A DNA stretch of 64,000 nt from Octopus vulgaris (Eukaryota), in assembly GCA_951406725.2 (NCBI GenBank), contig OX597814.1:190340001-190404000 (forward strand), given 5' to 3'. Positions 36,367-49,906 of this stretch are shown piece after piece. The stretch's first letter is position 1, and each line of letters starts with the position of its first letter. The notes below the pieces were generated by a model. It was not told the DNA's origin. It saw only the letters and a program-made list of their open reading frames with translations, and did no database searches. The translations under genes and the position numbers were made by a program.

Positions 36367-38223
36367 TTAAGTATGATGCTTTAAGTTAAAAGTAAGTTCT
36401 GTATTTACTCAAGAATAATGCAATCTCAAATATAATGGCAGCACTCGCTTTTTGTACCTAAAAATCAGTATTATATTTTATCCTTTTGAGGTTTTTTACT
36501 TACATTCAAGAAATTACTGCCCCTTCTCCCTGATGTTTTGTGTTAAAAATCTTGCATTATACACAAGTAAATACAGTAGTTTGTTAGCATTTCTGAAAAA
36601 CAATATCAATGAAAACCACCACACATCAAATCGCCACTCCAGAAGAGTGGATTGGTCAAATCGTTAGAGCTTTCAACAAGATGTGGTATCTATTCCAACC
36701 CTTTGCATTCTGCCAATAACACCTGTAATGACACTGGTTCCAAGTTGTGGCAGACCTCAAATCTCACCCTTTGGACAACATTGGTGACTTGGAGAAGGTA
36801 GACTTGCATTCATGGGCAACTACCTGTTCTCTACAAAGAAATACTTGTCCAGGTTTGTATACACAAATGCAGATTGTCAACCTTGATTGATGGAGGTCCC
36901 CTTTCACATCAAAATGTCTAATAGTTAATCTAAAATAATAATAAGTGCACCCTTTTAAAGCCTAGCCAGGCTTATGGGCTCGGTTTCCCGGTTTCTATGG
37001 TGTATGTGTTCCCCAGCTGGACGGGACGCCAGTCCATCGCAGCGTTACTCATTTTTACCAGCTGAGTGGACTGGAGCAATGTGAAATGAAGTGTTTTGCT
37101 CAAGAACACAACGCATCGCCCGGTCCAGTAATCGAACCCACAATCTTACAATTATGGTGCTGACTCCCTAACCACTAAGCCGCGTGCCTCCACAATAGTT
37201 TATCTACTTTTATGTAATACTGCCTGGCATTGAGAGTTCACAGCTCTGATACTATGAACATGGGATTAAAATGTCACAGGAAAGAATCACAAGACTGATT
37301 CTTCAAGCTGAACCAAGTGGCAGGAGATCTAGAGATAGGCCAAGAATATGATGATTGCATAATATCCATAATCTCAGTTCATCATTCTTGGAAATCCAGG
37401 CAAAAAATGTTGATGGTTGCTCCTGATAGGACCCTACAAAGGACGTACCTGAGAACTCTACCCCCCACAACTCTCCCAGGAATTGTGGGCTAAAAAGATA
37501 AAAGGCAATGAAATGGAAGTAAAAAGCACCCACTACACTCACGGAGTGGTTGGCGTTAGGAAGGGCATCCAGCTGTAGAAACACTGCCAGATCAGACTGG
37601 AGCCTGGTGCAGCCTCCTGGCTTCCCAGAACCTGGTCGAACTGTCCAACCCATGCTAGCACGGAAAACAGACGTTAAACAATGATGATGATGATACTTTA
37701 TATAACTAAAATGTTCTCTCATAGAATGCTTGTTGCAAGTAATATAGAATAGAGATATTCTTGTAAACCAAGCGTTTGACTTGGTTTCTAATTTTAGAAA
37801 TTTCCACATAGTTGAAGTTTGGTACCTATCATCATGCAATGTTTATAATCCATGCTGGCATAGGTTGGACAGTTTGACAGGATCTGACAGGTCACAGGAC
37901 TGTGTTGATGTTCAAAGTCTGTTATGGCATGGTTTCTATTCTTAGATGCCCTTCCTCAGAGTGTACTGAGTGCTTTTCCATGTTACCTGCACTAGTCTTG
38001 ATTGACAAAACTCAATCATGGGAACTTGTCTTGCAAGCTCACCAAGTAGCTTGCAAGACCTCTTCATTGAATGAGATGCGAAAATATGATAAAGGGATAG
38101 GATCAGGTGTCTTGCAGTGGAGGAGATACATAGCTACCCCAGTTGGAAAAAGAGAAAAAATACTGGTGATGAGGTCAAAGTACAAGAGGGAACCCACGTA
38201 AAAAAATATTTCATATAGTTTAT

Positions 38224-38610
38224 AGGCGTAGGAGTGGCTGTGTGGTAAGTAGCTTGCTTACAAACCACATGGTTCCAGGCTCAGTCCCACTGTATAGAAC
38301 CTTCGGCAAGTGTCTTCTATAGCCTCGGGCCAACCAAAGCCTTTTGAGTAGATTTGGTAGACGGAAACTGAAAGAAGCCCGTTCTGTATATATGCATATA
38401 TACATATATATGTGTGTGTTTGTCCCCCACAACATCACTTGACAACCAATGCTGGTGTGTTTACGTCCCCGTAACTTAGCGGTTCGGCAAAAGAGACCAA
38501 TAGAATAAGTACTAGGCTTACAAAGAATACGTTTTGGGATTGATTTGCTCAACTAAAGGCGGTGCTCCAGCTTGGCCACAGTCAAATGACTGAAGCGAGT
38601 AAAAGAGTAT
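38224..38610 (+). mobile_element. SINE family A
   Basis: Full-length. Confidence 0.85.
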
Positions 38611-38641
38611 AGTTATATATTTTGCATGCACAAGGTCCATT

Positions 38642-41280
38642 GTCATCATCATCATCAGTTTATACGCAATTTTCCATGCTAATACCTGTTGGATGGGTCT
38701 TCTCCAGCACAGTATTTTTGTCACTTTGTCATCTGCTTTGTTAGGTTTATCCTTTTGAGATGGCCTTCCCTCATTCTTCCATCATCTTCCGCCTTTCTCT
38801 ACCACAGGCACATTCCATTTAAATTGTCTGTCACTTCTTTATTCAACTTTTGCCCTTCATATGTACCACATGTTCATACAACCCAGTTTCCTTTCTTGTA
38901 CACTACATCTGATTTTTCTTATACTCAATTCATCTCTCATTTGTATTCTGCTTTTCATACACAAAAAGATTACGCATCTAGCAGAGCATGCTTGCTTCAC
39001 TTCTTTCCAACCTTTTATTCACCCTCTGCATTCGCTGTTCATGTTTTGCTACCCTACAGCATAGCACCTCATCTACAAACCCTATACACTCTACCTTTCA
39101 CTTGAAGACAAATCTTGTTACTAGTAGAGGTAATAGCTCCCTGAACATTTTCCCACACCTTTCTTACTCTGGCTGACATGCTTTAAGAATAACCTCTTCC
39201 TCTGATAATTAGGTTACCTAATAAAGAAGCTGTCAACTTCTGATCATTTGAAAGAATTTACTCCACGGGAGCTCTTACTGCCAACTATGATATACCAAGT
39301 CCTTATTCACTTTCAGTCTGCCTCTGGTCCCGGTGCACTTCTTGTGCTGCCATACTTTACATTTGGTACTCAGAGATTTTTTACCTATTTCTGTTCTGCA
39401 TATTGTATATGGCCACCACACTGATGACAGCAGGATCCTTTCCTCTTCCTTGCAAATGAAAACTTATGTCTTTTCTAAACTTACTTTGAGGCTGCTGAAG
39501 TCTATGCTCTACTTTCATATTTGAAATTTCTTCTCTAATTCTCTGACATGTTCAGCTATCAAAATTTAGGTCATCAGTATACAGAAGACTGCAAGAACAG
39601 CTGGTCTTAAACCCTTATGTTGTGGCTTAGAAAACTATAAATAGACGGGGGGGGGGGGATGTAAGCCGAGCCCTGATAGATACTTACTTGTATGCTAAAT
39701 TCCTCATTCAATGCATTGCTGACTTCCTCATGCTAATGTTTTGGTTTTTCTGATGGGCACACATCCCCGTACATTGCTTTCCTGTCTTTCACAAGTCATT
39801 CATTTACTTATGATTTTCTTCAAAGGCTACAGAGTTCAATACCCAGTCAAAGGTACAGTGGCTTACTCTTAGCAAAAAAACTTTGCCTGTAGTTGTCTCA
39901 CTAAGAAGAAAGGATTAGTGGTACCCCACCCATCTACAAATCTGAACTGCATCTCATCTAAGCTAATTCCATTTTTAATCTGTTGTGCTGCAACTTTTTA
40001 TCCTTTTTTTTATATATATAATCTGATCCATTAACTTCAAAACCGTATAGTTGCTTTTTTGTAGAGTAGATCCTTTTGGCTTTATTGAAGTTGTTGATGA
40101 TACCATTACACCAGTCATTCACTATGCCACTTCCCTGATTAACGAATGTATCTTACTTCACCAGATATTTTTATCACTATCCTTGATAGTCCAGCTGCTC
40201 TTCTTGCATTTATATTTTTAGTCATGTTTTCAACCTATCAACTTCAATAGCTACTTCCTTCTGTTGGATCTACTTGGAGTAGCCTCTATTCCTCTCACAT
40301 ATTCCTCTCATTCAGCAACCTCTTATTACATTTTCATACCTGTTTATCAGCTTCAGTTAAGGCACGTGCACCACTATCATTGTATACCTACTTCCCACTA
40401 AAAACCTCTTAATTCATAGTAACACGTTGCTTTGCAACTGTGAATGACCCATGTTTATTTTCCTTCCATCACAGAATATTGGGAAACTTCTTACTTTCAT
40501 TTTCTCTCCTTGCTAAATATATATGTTTCTTTATTACCCACATGGGGCTAAACTTAGAGGAGACAAACAAGGACAGACAAACGAATTAAGTCAATTACAT
40601 CGACCCCAATGCGTAACTGGTATTTAATTTATCGACCCCGAAAGGATGAAAGGCAAAGTCGACCTCGGCGGAATTTGAACTCAGAACATAACGGCAGACG
40701 AAATACGGCTACGCATTTCGCCCGGCGTGCTAACCGTTCTGCCAGCTCACTGCCCTACTCCTTGCTAAATATATTTGATGTCTACTTCTTTTTTAGTTAC
40801 TTAGTATAGTTCACTCTTTTTCCCCACCTTTCTTCTAGTTTTTCAGGCCTGTCTTTTAGATTTTATGGCTCTGTCAACTGACCATTCCATTTTGACTTGA
40901 ACTTTGTTCTATCCACAGACCAAGCCTGAGACCCCAACAGGTTTTCTTAGAGAAACTTCCAGTTATCCTCTATTAGATTAATCTTTGTATCTACCTCTTC
41001 ATTGTATGTCAACTAGTATTTTCTTTAACTTGCATCTAATAGAGGGATTTTGGGGAAACTTCCATACCTTTCTTCTCTAGATTCTCTTACCACTTTGAAA
41101 TGCATGTAGTTCTTATCCCAAGGTCATTTATTAAATATTTACAACCAATTGCCTATCCATTTCCTGGTATGCATGAAGCCTTTGGCTTTGCTTGTTTGGT
41201 AGATGATAAGGTAGCTTGCCTGTTTCCAGGAGTTAGTGCTATAAATGGTTAGGTCACTTGCAAACCATCTCTAAAAAATA
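38642..41280 (-). mobile_element. Degenerate RTE-clade LINE remnant
   Basis: Minus-strand RT motifs ISLDEMQFRFVDGWGTT (about 39920-39970) and LLYTDDL (about 39570-39590); (GAT)n tail at 38642-38654; many stops. Confidence 0.8.
40523..40757 (-). mobile_element. SINE family C inserted in the RTE LINE
   Basis: 17-bp TSD CTCCTTGCTAAATATAT. Confidence 0.9.
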
Positions 41281-42142
41281 CATTAGTGATAAGTAAATAA
41301 AAAAAAAATATTATCATTCCAGCTTATCCAACTCTGATGTCATATTTTTGGTATTATATCATTGTTAACTAATTTCCATTGTGAGAGCTATCAGGCTGAG
41401 TCTTTATTTTCTTCTGATCAAATATTTATTTAAATATTTCCAATCAAATTGAGCTTTGAGGCTACATATTGATAAATAGAATGATATTTTTATATATATA
41501 CATAGATATAAACATGTAAATATAATGTAGGTAGTTAGGGAAAATCCCAGCTATATATATATATATATATATATGCCAGACTGTCAACCAGCCAAAGGAA
41601 CCTACTGTTCATATCTTGTAACCGGCTCTGCTGTTCATTATATCTAACCAAATCACTTAATTACTCTCAGTGCCTCAATCTGCCTAGTTGTAAATAGAAG
41701 TAAGAAACCACAGCGTTGTAGAATTGATAAATTTTACTCAGCTGATACTGAATTATGTCCTGCCAATATTTTCAAGAGGTTTGTGTTCTGTCAGGTTATG
41801 TTCATCATCATCATCATCGTCATCGTTTAAATCTGCCTCAGTAAACTCCATCCGACTCATGCAAGCATGGAAAAGTGGACATTCAAACAATGATGATTAT
41901 GGTGGCTTATAAATATTTTTTAAAGTAACGAAGGGAGTTTTCCTTAAATACCAAAAACTTTTTAATTTAATTTCTCACTTCTTTTTCTCATTTCATTTAT
42001 TTTGTTTTATATTTATTTTAATTTCAATCAAATTTTAAAGACAACCAAACCTACACTCTCTTAGATTATAAGCTTTTAATGTTATATTGATTACATTTGA
42101 AACTTTACAACCACAACAGACTTTTTTCTAATTCAAACTAAT

Positions 42143-42552
42143 ACTCTCTTTTACTTGTTTCAGTCATTTGACTGTGGTCATGCTGGAGCACCACCTTTAG
42201 TCGAGCAAATCAAGCCCAGGGCTTATTCTTTGTAAGCCCAGTACTTATTCTAATCGGTCTCTTTTGCCGAACTGCTAAGTTATGGAGACGTAAACACACC
42301 AGCATCGGTGTCAAATGATGTTGGGGGGACAAACACAGACACACAAACATACACACACACACACATATACATATGTATACATATATACGACGGGCTTCTT
42401 TCAGTTTCCGTCTACCAAATCCACTCACAAGGCTTTGATCAGCTCAAGGCTATTGTAGAAGACGCTTGCCCAAGGTGCCACACTGTGGGACTGAACCCAG
42501 AACCATGTGGTTGGTAAGCAAGCTACTTACCACACAGCCACTCTCACACCTG
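42143..42552 (-). mobile_element. SINE family A
   Basis: Full-length. Confidence 0.85.
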
Positions 42553-42773
42553 CATTAATATTTTGCTGTAAACTCTATGGATAACATAGTAAATATACAC
42601 CTTTTATTTGGCTCAATTGCTTACCAAAGTTCTATTAAACAATCCAGTGTTAGAAATACATTTTTTAAACAATTTTTAATGATATAGTTGTATGAATATT
42701 TTACTATTTTAGTTCTAAAATTACAGGTCAGGAAAAGTACATGCAGTGTTCAAATATTTGTTTATTTTATATC

Positions 42774-42860
42774 TGTATCTTTTCACATCCTCTTCTCTCT
42801 TTCTCTCTCTCTCTCTCTCTTTTTCTCTCTCTTTCTCATGTATATCTTTTCACATCCTCT

Positions 42861-42900
<40 letters not shown>

Positions 42901-43096
42901 ATATCTTTTCACATCCTCTCTCTCTTTCTCTCTCTCTCTCTCTTTTTCTCTCTCTTTCTCATGTATATCTTTTCACATCCTCTTCTCTCTCTTTCTCTTT
43001 CTCTCTCTCTCTCTTTCTCATGTATATCTTTTCACATCCTCTTCTCTCTTTCTCTCTCTCTCTCTTTCTCATGTATATCTTTTCACATCCTCTTCT

Positions 43097-43132
<36 letters not shown>

Positions 43133-43399
43133 TTCTCATGTATATCTTTTCACATCCTCTTCTCTCTTTCTCTCTCTCTCTCTTTCTCTCTTTCTTTCTC
43201 TATCTCTCTCTTTCTTTCTCTCCCTCTCTCTCTCTTTCTCTCTCTATCTCTCTTTCTTTCTCTCTCTATCTCTCTTTCTTTCTCTCTCTATCTCTCTTTC
43301 TTTCTCTTTCTCACTCTTTCTTTCTCTCTCTCTCTCTCTTTCTCTCTCGTGTGCATCTTTTCACATCCTCTTCTCTCTTTCTCTCTCTTTCTCTCTCTT

Positions 43400-43434
<35 letters not shown>

Positions 43435-43750
43435 GTCTCTTTCTCTCTCTCTCTTTCTCTTTCTCTCTCTCTCTTTCCTTTTCTCTCTCTCTCTTTCTCT
43501 CTCGTGTGCATCTTTTCACATCCTCTTCTCTCTCTCTCTCTCTCTCTTGTGTATATCTTTACACATGCCTCTCTAAATCTCTCGACACTACCCTCTCTCT
43601 ACACCTTCACTCTCTATCTCTTCATACACTCCTCTCTCTAGCTCTTTACAACTCCTTTCCCTGTATTCCCCCCTTTCTCTTTTTTTAACCCACTCTCCCA
43701 TTCCTCTTCCTCTCCCTTCACAACTTCTCTTTCTTTTATCTTCCTTCATC
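42774..43750. repeat. Compound (CT)n minisatellite / polypyrimidine tract
   Basis: About 10 copies of TGTATATCTTTTCACATCCTCTT separated by variable (CT)n. Confidence 0.95.
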
Positions 43751-43784
43751 CGTCTGAGCTGTACATTTCCAAAATCTTTTGCAG

Positions 43785-43920
43785 TCTACAACTTCTGAGG
43801 CTAATCTTATGAGAAAACCTGATCTGCCCCAAAAACCAAGCCCTGTCTCTTCCAGTCTTCCACAGAGTCAGCCCAAGATTACTAATGATATTCCTCTTGC
43901 TTCATCCGTCTACTCACAAG
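43785..43920 (+). CDS. FKBP15: FKBP15 exon, Ser/Pro-rich linker (STTSEANLMRKP...ASSVYSQ)
   Basis: tgcAG / GTAAAT; open frame, phase 0/1. Confidence 0.82.
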
Positions 43921-44017
43921 GTAAATATGCAAGCTTCTATTCAATCTTGATAACAACCACCAGTTACTAACCTTCAAAATCAACATTATTGAACTGATGG
44001 GCTGGGTTGAGCTAGTA

Positions 44018-44221
44018 TTTACTCTTTTACTTGTTTCAGTCATTTGACTGCGGCCATGCTGGAGCACCACCTTTAATCGAGCAACTCGACACCGGGACTT
44101 ATTCTTTGTACACCTAGTACTTATTCTATCGGTCTCTTTTGCCGAACCGCTAAGTGACGGGGACATAAACACACCAGCATCGGTTGTCAAGCAATGCTAG
44201 GGGGACAGACACACAAACACT

Positions 44222-44280
<59 letters not shown>

Positions 44281-44436
44281 GACGGGCTTCTTTCAGTTTC
44301 CGTCTACCAAATCCACTCACAAGGCTTTGGTCGGCCCGAGGCTATAGTAGAAGACACTTGCCCAAGGTGCCACGCAGTGGGACTGAACCCGGAACCATGT
44401 GGTTGGTAAACGAGCTACTTACCACACAGCCACTCC
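44018..44436 (-). mobile_element. SINE family A
   Basis: Full-length. Confidence 0.88.
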
Positions 44437-45022
44437 ATCCATGATCACTTCAAATGGTTGCATGGCATTGTAAGGTACTCCTTTGGGATGTTGCTTCAGA
44501 GAGGGAAGTGCTTAGGTGAGTAACAAAAGTGAGGATCATGAAGTTAGGTTATTCAAGCGAGAAGTGGTGGTAACAGCAATGGCAGTACTTATAGTGGTGG
44601 CAGTGGTTGGAGGGTTTGAGTGAGAGGGAGTGCTTGTGTGAAGTGCCTTGAAATAGAAGAGAAATCTCTCTACACATAGCTAGCTTGAACTGGACCTATC
44701 CCATATTAAATGTTTCCTCTGGTTTCAATAGTAGTGTTTAGTATAAAAGTATTTCAGACAGATCTTTTGGATAAGAATGTAAGTCTGTTACATGTTGACT
44801 ACTTTTTGTCATTTTACTGGGTTAAATGTCTGTATTAATAACATTTTGTGTCATGTTTGCATGAGTTCATAGTAACATATATTTAAATCAAGGTTTGAAA
44901 AATCATCTGGAAACTGCCTGACAAGAATTAAATTCATTATCTTTAAATCTTAACCAACACACACCAGTAAGCTACTAACAGGTTTTACGCTCTAAAATAT
45001 CTTTTACAAGGTAAAACTTGTG

Positions 45023-45360
45023 CTCTCTTTACTCTTTTACTTTTTTACTTGTTTCAGTCATTTGACTGTGGCCATGCTGGAGCACCGCCTTTAGTCGAGC
45101 AAATCGACCCCAGGACTTATTCTTTGTAAGCCTGGTACTTATTCTATTGGTCTCTTTTGCCGAACTGCTAAGTTATGGGGACGTAAACACACCAGCATCA
45201 GTTGTCAAACGATGTTGGGGAGACAAACACAGACACACATACATATATATATATACATATATACAACGGGCTTCTTTCAGTTTCCATCTACCAAATCCAC
45301 TCACAAGGCTTTGGTTGGCCCAAGGCTATAGTACAAGACAGTTGCCCATGGTGCCACACA
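45023..45360 (-). mobile_element. SINE family A (5'-truncated)
   Basis: Similarity to the other copies. Confidence 0.82.
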
Positions 45361-45499
45361 AAGGGACGCACTTGTTCTATATATCACTCAAATTTATGTT
45401 TTAACCAAGAGGAAACAAATGTAGCAGATAAACCATTCCATGTTACTATAAGAACTCTAACTGTTATTTAAGCATCCATCTTTTTATGACCTTTTTCAG

Positions 45500-45591
45500 C
45501 TGCATCTCACCAAATGGCTGTTTACCAAAATCCACTCGCTCATCAACAGCCGCAACCACAGTTACCTATGGCAACAGGAATGTACCAACAG
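45500..45591 (+). CDS. FKBP15: FKBP15 exon, Gln/Pro-rich linker (ASHQMAVYQNPLAHQQPQPQLPMATGMYQQ)
   Basis: ttcAG acceptor, weak CAG|GTTGTT donor; phase 1/0 bridges its neighbours. Confidence 0.78.
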
Positions 45592-45636
45592 GTTGTTTAA
45601 CAATTTTTATAAACTTTGGTTTTAAAGAAATGAGTA

Positions 45637-46128
45637 CCGTAAATCCTCGAGTTAATCCACACTTTTTTTCCCAAAATTTAAAGGTGAAAATACCTAGTAC
45701 GTACTATATACGGGGTTAAAAATGAAAAATATTTTCTAAGCAATGTCCGAGTCTCTATTTGTTTATTCAGACGCATTTTGTGATGTCGGACACGAAAATA
45801 CCTTAAGTTAAGCCTAAAAGCAATAAAATCTTAAAAGAATCATCCATAACTTGCAGTAAGCAACATTTATTAACATAAAAGTATTCAGAAAACAGAATAA
45901 CATGTAGCAAAAACAATTTGCAAACATATTTACATTCCCATATAACAGTTAAGAACATCACCATTCTTGTATTACGCATGCACGGAAGTGTTTGTTCGAC
46001 TTGGTGCTGCTGGCTTAATTACGCACGACTCAAGATTATACACAAGGTTTAGGATTTTCAGAGGTACAGCCCCCTAAAAATCTCCTGTGTATTATACTCA
46101 AGGGCAGACTACACTCGAAGATTTACGG
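45637..46128. mobile_element. Tc1/mariner-superfamily (pogo/Tc2-like) MITE
   Basis: TIR CCGTAAATCYTCGAGT, TA on both flanks. Confidence 0.8.
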
Positions 46129-46179
46129 TATTTTCCATATTCAGTGTAATCAGTCTCTTATCAAATTGAAGCTTTTTTT

Positions 46180-46602
46180 TTTATCTTTTACTTGTTTCGG
46201 TCATTAGACTGCAGCCATACTGGTGCACTGCCTTGAAGAATTTTTAGTTAAATGAATCAACCCCAGTAATTTTTTTTTTTAAGCTTGGTACTTATTCTAT
46301 CAGTCACTTTTGCCAAACTGCCAAGTTACAAGGTTGCAAGCAAACTAACATCAGTTGTCAAGCAGTGGTGGGTGGGGACAAACACAGACAGTAAGACACA
46401 TACATACACATACACACACACACAGATATATATATATATGACAGGCTTTTTCCAGTTTCCGTGAACCAAATCCACTCACAAGCCTTTGGTCAGCCTGAGG
46501 CTATAAGTAAAAGGTGCTTGTCCAAAGTGCCATGCAGTGGAACTGAATCCAAAACCACGTAGTTGGGAAGCAAGCTTCTTACTACAAGGTCATGCTTGTG
46601 CC
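46180..46602 (-). mobile_element. SINE family A (diverged)
   Basis: Similarity to the other copies. Confidence 0.78.
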
Positions 46603-48054
46603 TTTTGTTTATATTCTTTTAATGGTTTAGTCAGGGAAGGAAATGTTGCACCCCACAAGATTAGTGGTGGAAGACAGAAGATACTATGATTCCTAGGTTG
46701 CTGTAGTAGAAAGTAGTATATTAAGATATTGACCCAAAACTATAAGAAAAACACACAGTGTATACTGCAGTATTGATTCTGGAACCATACTTATGTCCTT
46801 GGCACTTAATACAGAGCTTGAATTGTTAGAAGTTAACTTATTTAAGGGAGAGGGTTTCACAGTGTACTACACTACAGAATGAAAGACTACATATAATGTT
46901 TGGTATTATACCACCACACCAAAATACAGATGTAAAATTATTCTGATTATTATTAGACATGTGACAGATTGGCAGAATCATTGAGGCATCAGACAAAATG
47001 TTCTGCAGTGCTTGCTCTGATTCTTTACTTCCTGTATTTAAATCTCATCAAGGTCAACTTTACCTTTCACCCTTCTAGGATTGATTGGTAGAGTACCAGT
47101 CAAGTACTGAGATCTGTGGTATCAACTCACCTGCTTACCTCAAAATTTCTGGTCATCTGCCTATATCAAAAATATTTGTTATTATTATTATATGACATTA
47201 TATTAAGGCAGCGAGCTGGCAGAATCGTTAGCACACCAGGCAAAATACTTATCGGCATTTTGTCTGTCTTTACATTCTGAGTTCAAATTCTGCCGAGGTT
47301 GATTTTGCCTTTCTTCCTTTCAAGGTCGATAAAATAAGTACCAGTTGATTACTGGGGTCAATGTAATCAACCATACCCATGCCCCAAATTTCAGGCCTTG
47401 TCCCTATAGTAGAAAGGATTATTATAACACTAGTGACAGAAACAGCTGGGTATAGCCTTTCAGCATGTAAGTCTGTTTCTCTAGTTTCCATAAGTTTGAT
47501 AAATTAAGTACCAAGCATAAGCATATACGGGGGTTATTTCAACTAACTTGTACCCACTCCACTACAGATTTGTGGCCAAGTTTATAAGAGACTACTCAGT
47601 TGTAGAAATGAGTTCCGACACCACTGTTACCAAGCTGTATTGGTCTTTGCCTTTCCTTTGGATAACATCGGTGGCGTAGAGAGGGGAGGCTGGTATGCTT
47701 GGGCAACTGCTGGTTTTCCATAAACAACCTTGCTAGGACTTGTACCTCGGAGGGGAACTTTCTAGATGAAATCCCATGGTCATTCATGACCAAAAGGGGT
47801 CCTTACCCTTTAGTTTTTTGGGGGTTTTTATGAATAGTTTATTATAAAGCTTATCTACTCTTTGATAACATAACAGTATTGCCTTTCAGCAAAATGTTAC
47901 TTAAAAAGTGGAAAGAGAAGACATAAAAATGTGACACCTGTTTTCATCAATTTCTGGCCCTTTTTAACACACCCATAACAGTTTTCTAATTATTATTATT
48001 ATTTTCAGAAATAATAATTCAGCAGTTTAACCCTTTAAGCATTTAAACCAGCTA

Positions 48055-48552
48055 TCATCATCATCATCATCATTTAACGTTCGCTTTCCATGCTAGCATG
48101 GGTTGGACGATTTAACTGAGGACTGGCGAACCAGATGGCTACACCAGGCTCCAATGTGATCTAGTAGACTTTCTACAGCTGGATGCCCTTCCTAATGCCA
48201 ACCACTCCGAGAGTGTAGTGGGTGCTTTTATGTGCCGCCGGCACGAGGGCCAGTCAGGCGGTACTGGCAACGGCCACGCTCAAGTGGTGTTTTTTTTTCA
48301 TTCCACCTGCACAGGAGCCAGTCCAGCGGCACTGGCAAAGACTTCGCTCCAATGTTTTTCACGTGCCAGTAAGGCGACGCTGGTAACGATCATGTTTGAA
48401 AGGTGCTCTTTACGTGCCACCGGCACGGAAGCCAGTCAGCTGCCCTGGCAGCGATCACGCTCGAATGATGATCTTAGTGCTCCACTGGCACGGGTGCCAG
48501 TCATCGAAATTGCAAATTTGATTTGATCTCAATTTCACTTGCCTCAACAGGT
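48055..48552 (-). mobile_element. Repeat family B nested in a piggyBac-like MITE
   Basis: MITE ends flank the element. Confidence 0.8.
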
Positions 48553-48832
48553 CTATATCTAGCCCAAATATCCTACTTGTTTTATGTTCATACTGGCCAT
48601 ATCCAGCCTCTCACACCTACCCTACAATGTCATCCTAAAAATAAACAATGACCACATCAAAATCTCAAAGCTACAAGATAATGTATGATTAATCCAAAAC
48701 ACTGTGAATAAATAAGCATTACATTTGACAAAGTAATCTGAATGCTGATGGGTTAAATTCACATTTAAGGAATCCTACATCAATTGTAACAATTTTCTAA
48801 TATTACTATTTCTTAAATTTTCTTTAATTTAG

Positions 48833-48920
48833 GTGCCTTCTAATCAACCATTGGGAGCCTTCCAACCAAACCCTTCTCAACCTGTACATAATCAACTCTA
48901 TCCTCAACATTCCTACCCGG
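48833..48920 (+). CDS. FKBP15: FKBP15 exon (VPSNQPLGAFQPNPSQPVHNQLYPQHSYP)
   Basis: tttAG / GTAAGC; phase 0/1. Confidence 0.82.
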
Positions 48921-49006
48921 GTAAGCTTGCTTCCATAAACTAAATGTAAATAAGCAAAAATAATTGTAATATAAGAATGCTGTTAGAATTTACTGAAGGC
49001 TTGACT

Positions 49007-49390
49007 TGAAGCACTCCGTCGGTTACGACGACGAGGGTTCCAGTTGATCCGATCAACGGAACAGCCTGCTCGTGAAATTATCGTGTAAGTGGCTGAGCAC
49101 TCCACAGACACGTGTACCGTTAACGTAGTTCTCAGGGATATTCAGCGTGACACAGAAAGTGACAAGGCCGGCCCTTTGAAATACAGGTACAACAGAAACA
49201 GGAAGTAAGAGTGAGAGAAAGTTGTGGTGAAAGAGTACAGCAGGGTTCACCACCATCCCCTGCAGGAGCCTCGTGGAGCTTTAGGTGTTTTCGCTCAATA
49301 AACACTCATAATGCCCGGTCTGGGAATCGAAACTGCGATCCTACGACCGTGAGTCCGCTGCCCTAACCACTGGGCCATTGCGCCTCCACA
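49007..49390 (-). mobile_element. tRNA-derived SINE family F
   Basis: TGGCCCAGTGG A-box, TTCGATTCC B-box; 11-bp TSD AAGGCTTGACT. Confidence 0.85.
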
Positions 49391-49906
49391 AAGGCTTGAC
49401 TAAAAGAGGTAGATTCATCTTATCTATCGTTAGGCTTATATGGAGTGGAGTTGATTCAATCAACTATAGCCCTTTCCTGTAAACTTTTGTGTCAATAGGT
49501 ATGGTATAAATAAGAGTGATTGGCAGAATTATTAGCGTCAGAGGAAATGCTGTGTAGAATTAGTTCTACACAGGCAGCCAGCTGGCAAAAACGTTAGCAC
49601 TCCGGGCGAAATGCTTAGTGGTATTTCATCTGCCGTTACGTTCTGGGTTCAAATTCCGCCAAGGTCGACTTTACCTTTCATCTTTTCAGGGTCGATTAAA
49701 TAAGTACCAGTTACACACTGGGGTCAATATAATCAACTTAATCCGTTTGTCCCCTTGTGGGTAATGAAGAAATAAGAATTAGTTCTGGCCCCAAGTTCTA
49801 AGTTCAAATCATACTGTTTATCTTTCTAAGTACTTGTCAAATACTCAATTCAATATAATCAGCTGTATTTTCCCTCAGATTTTAGGTTTTCTTCTTATAT
49901 TTGAAA

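Noticed and set aside
42688-43688. Three overlapping 276-317 aa Ser/Leu/Phe ORFs
   Set aside because: Stop-free frames produced by the (CT)n satellite; no splice or homology support.
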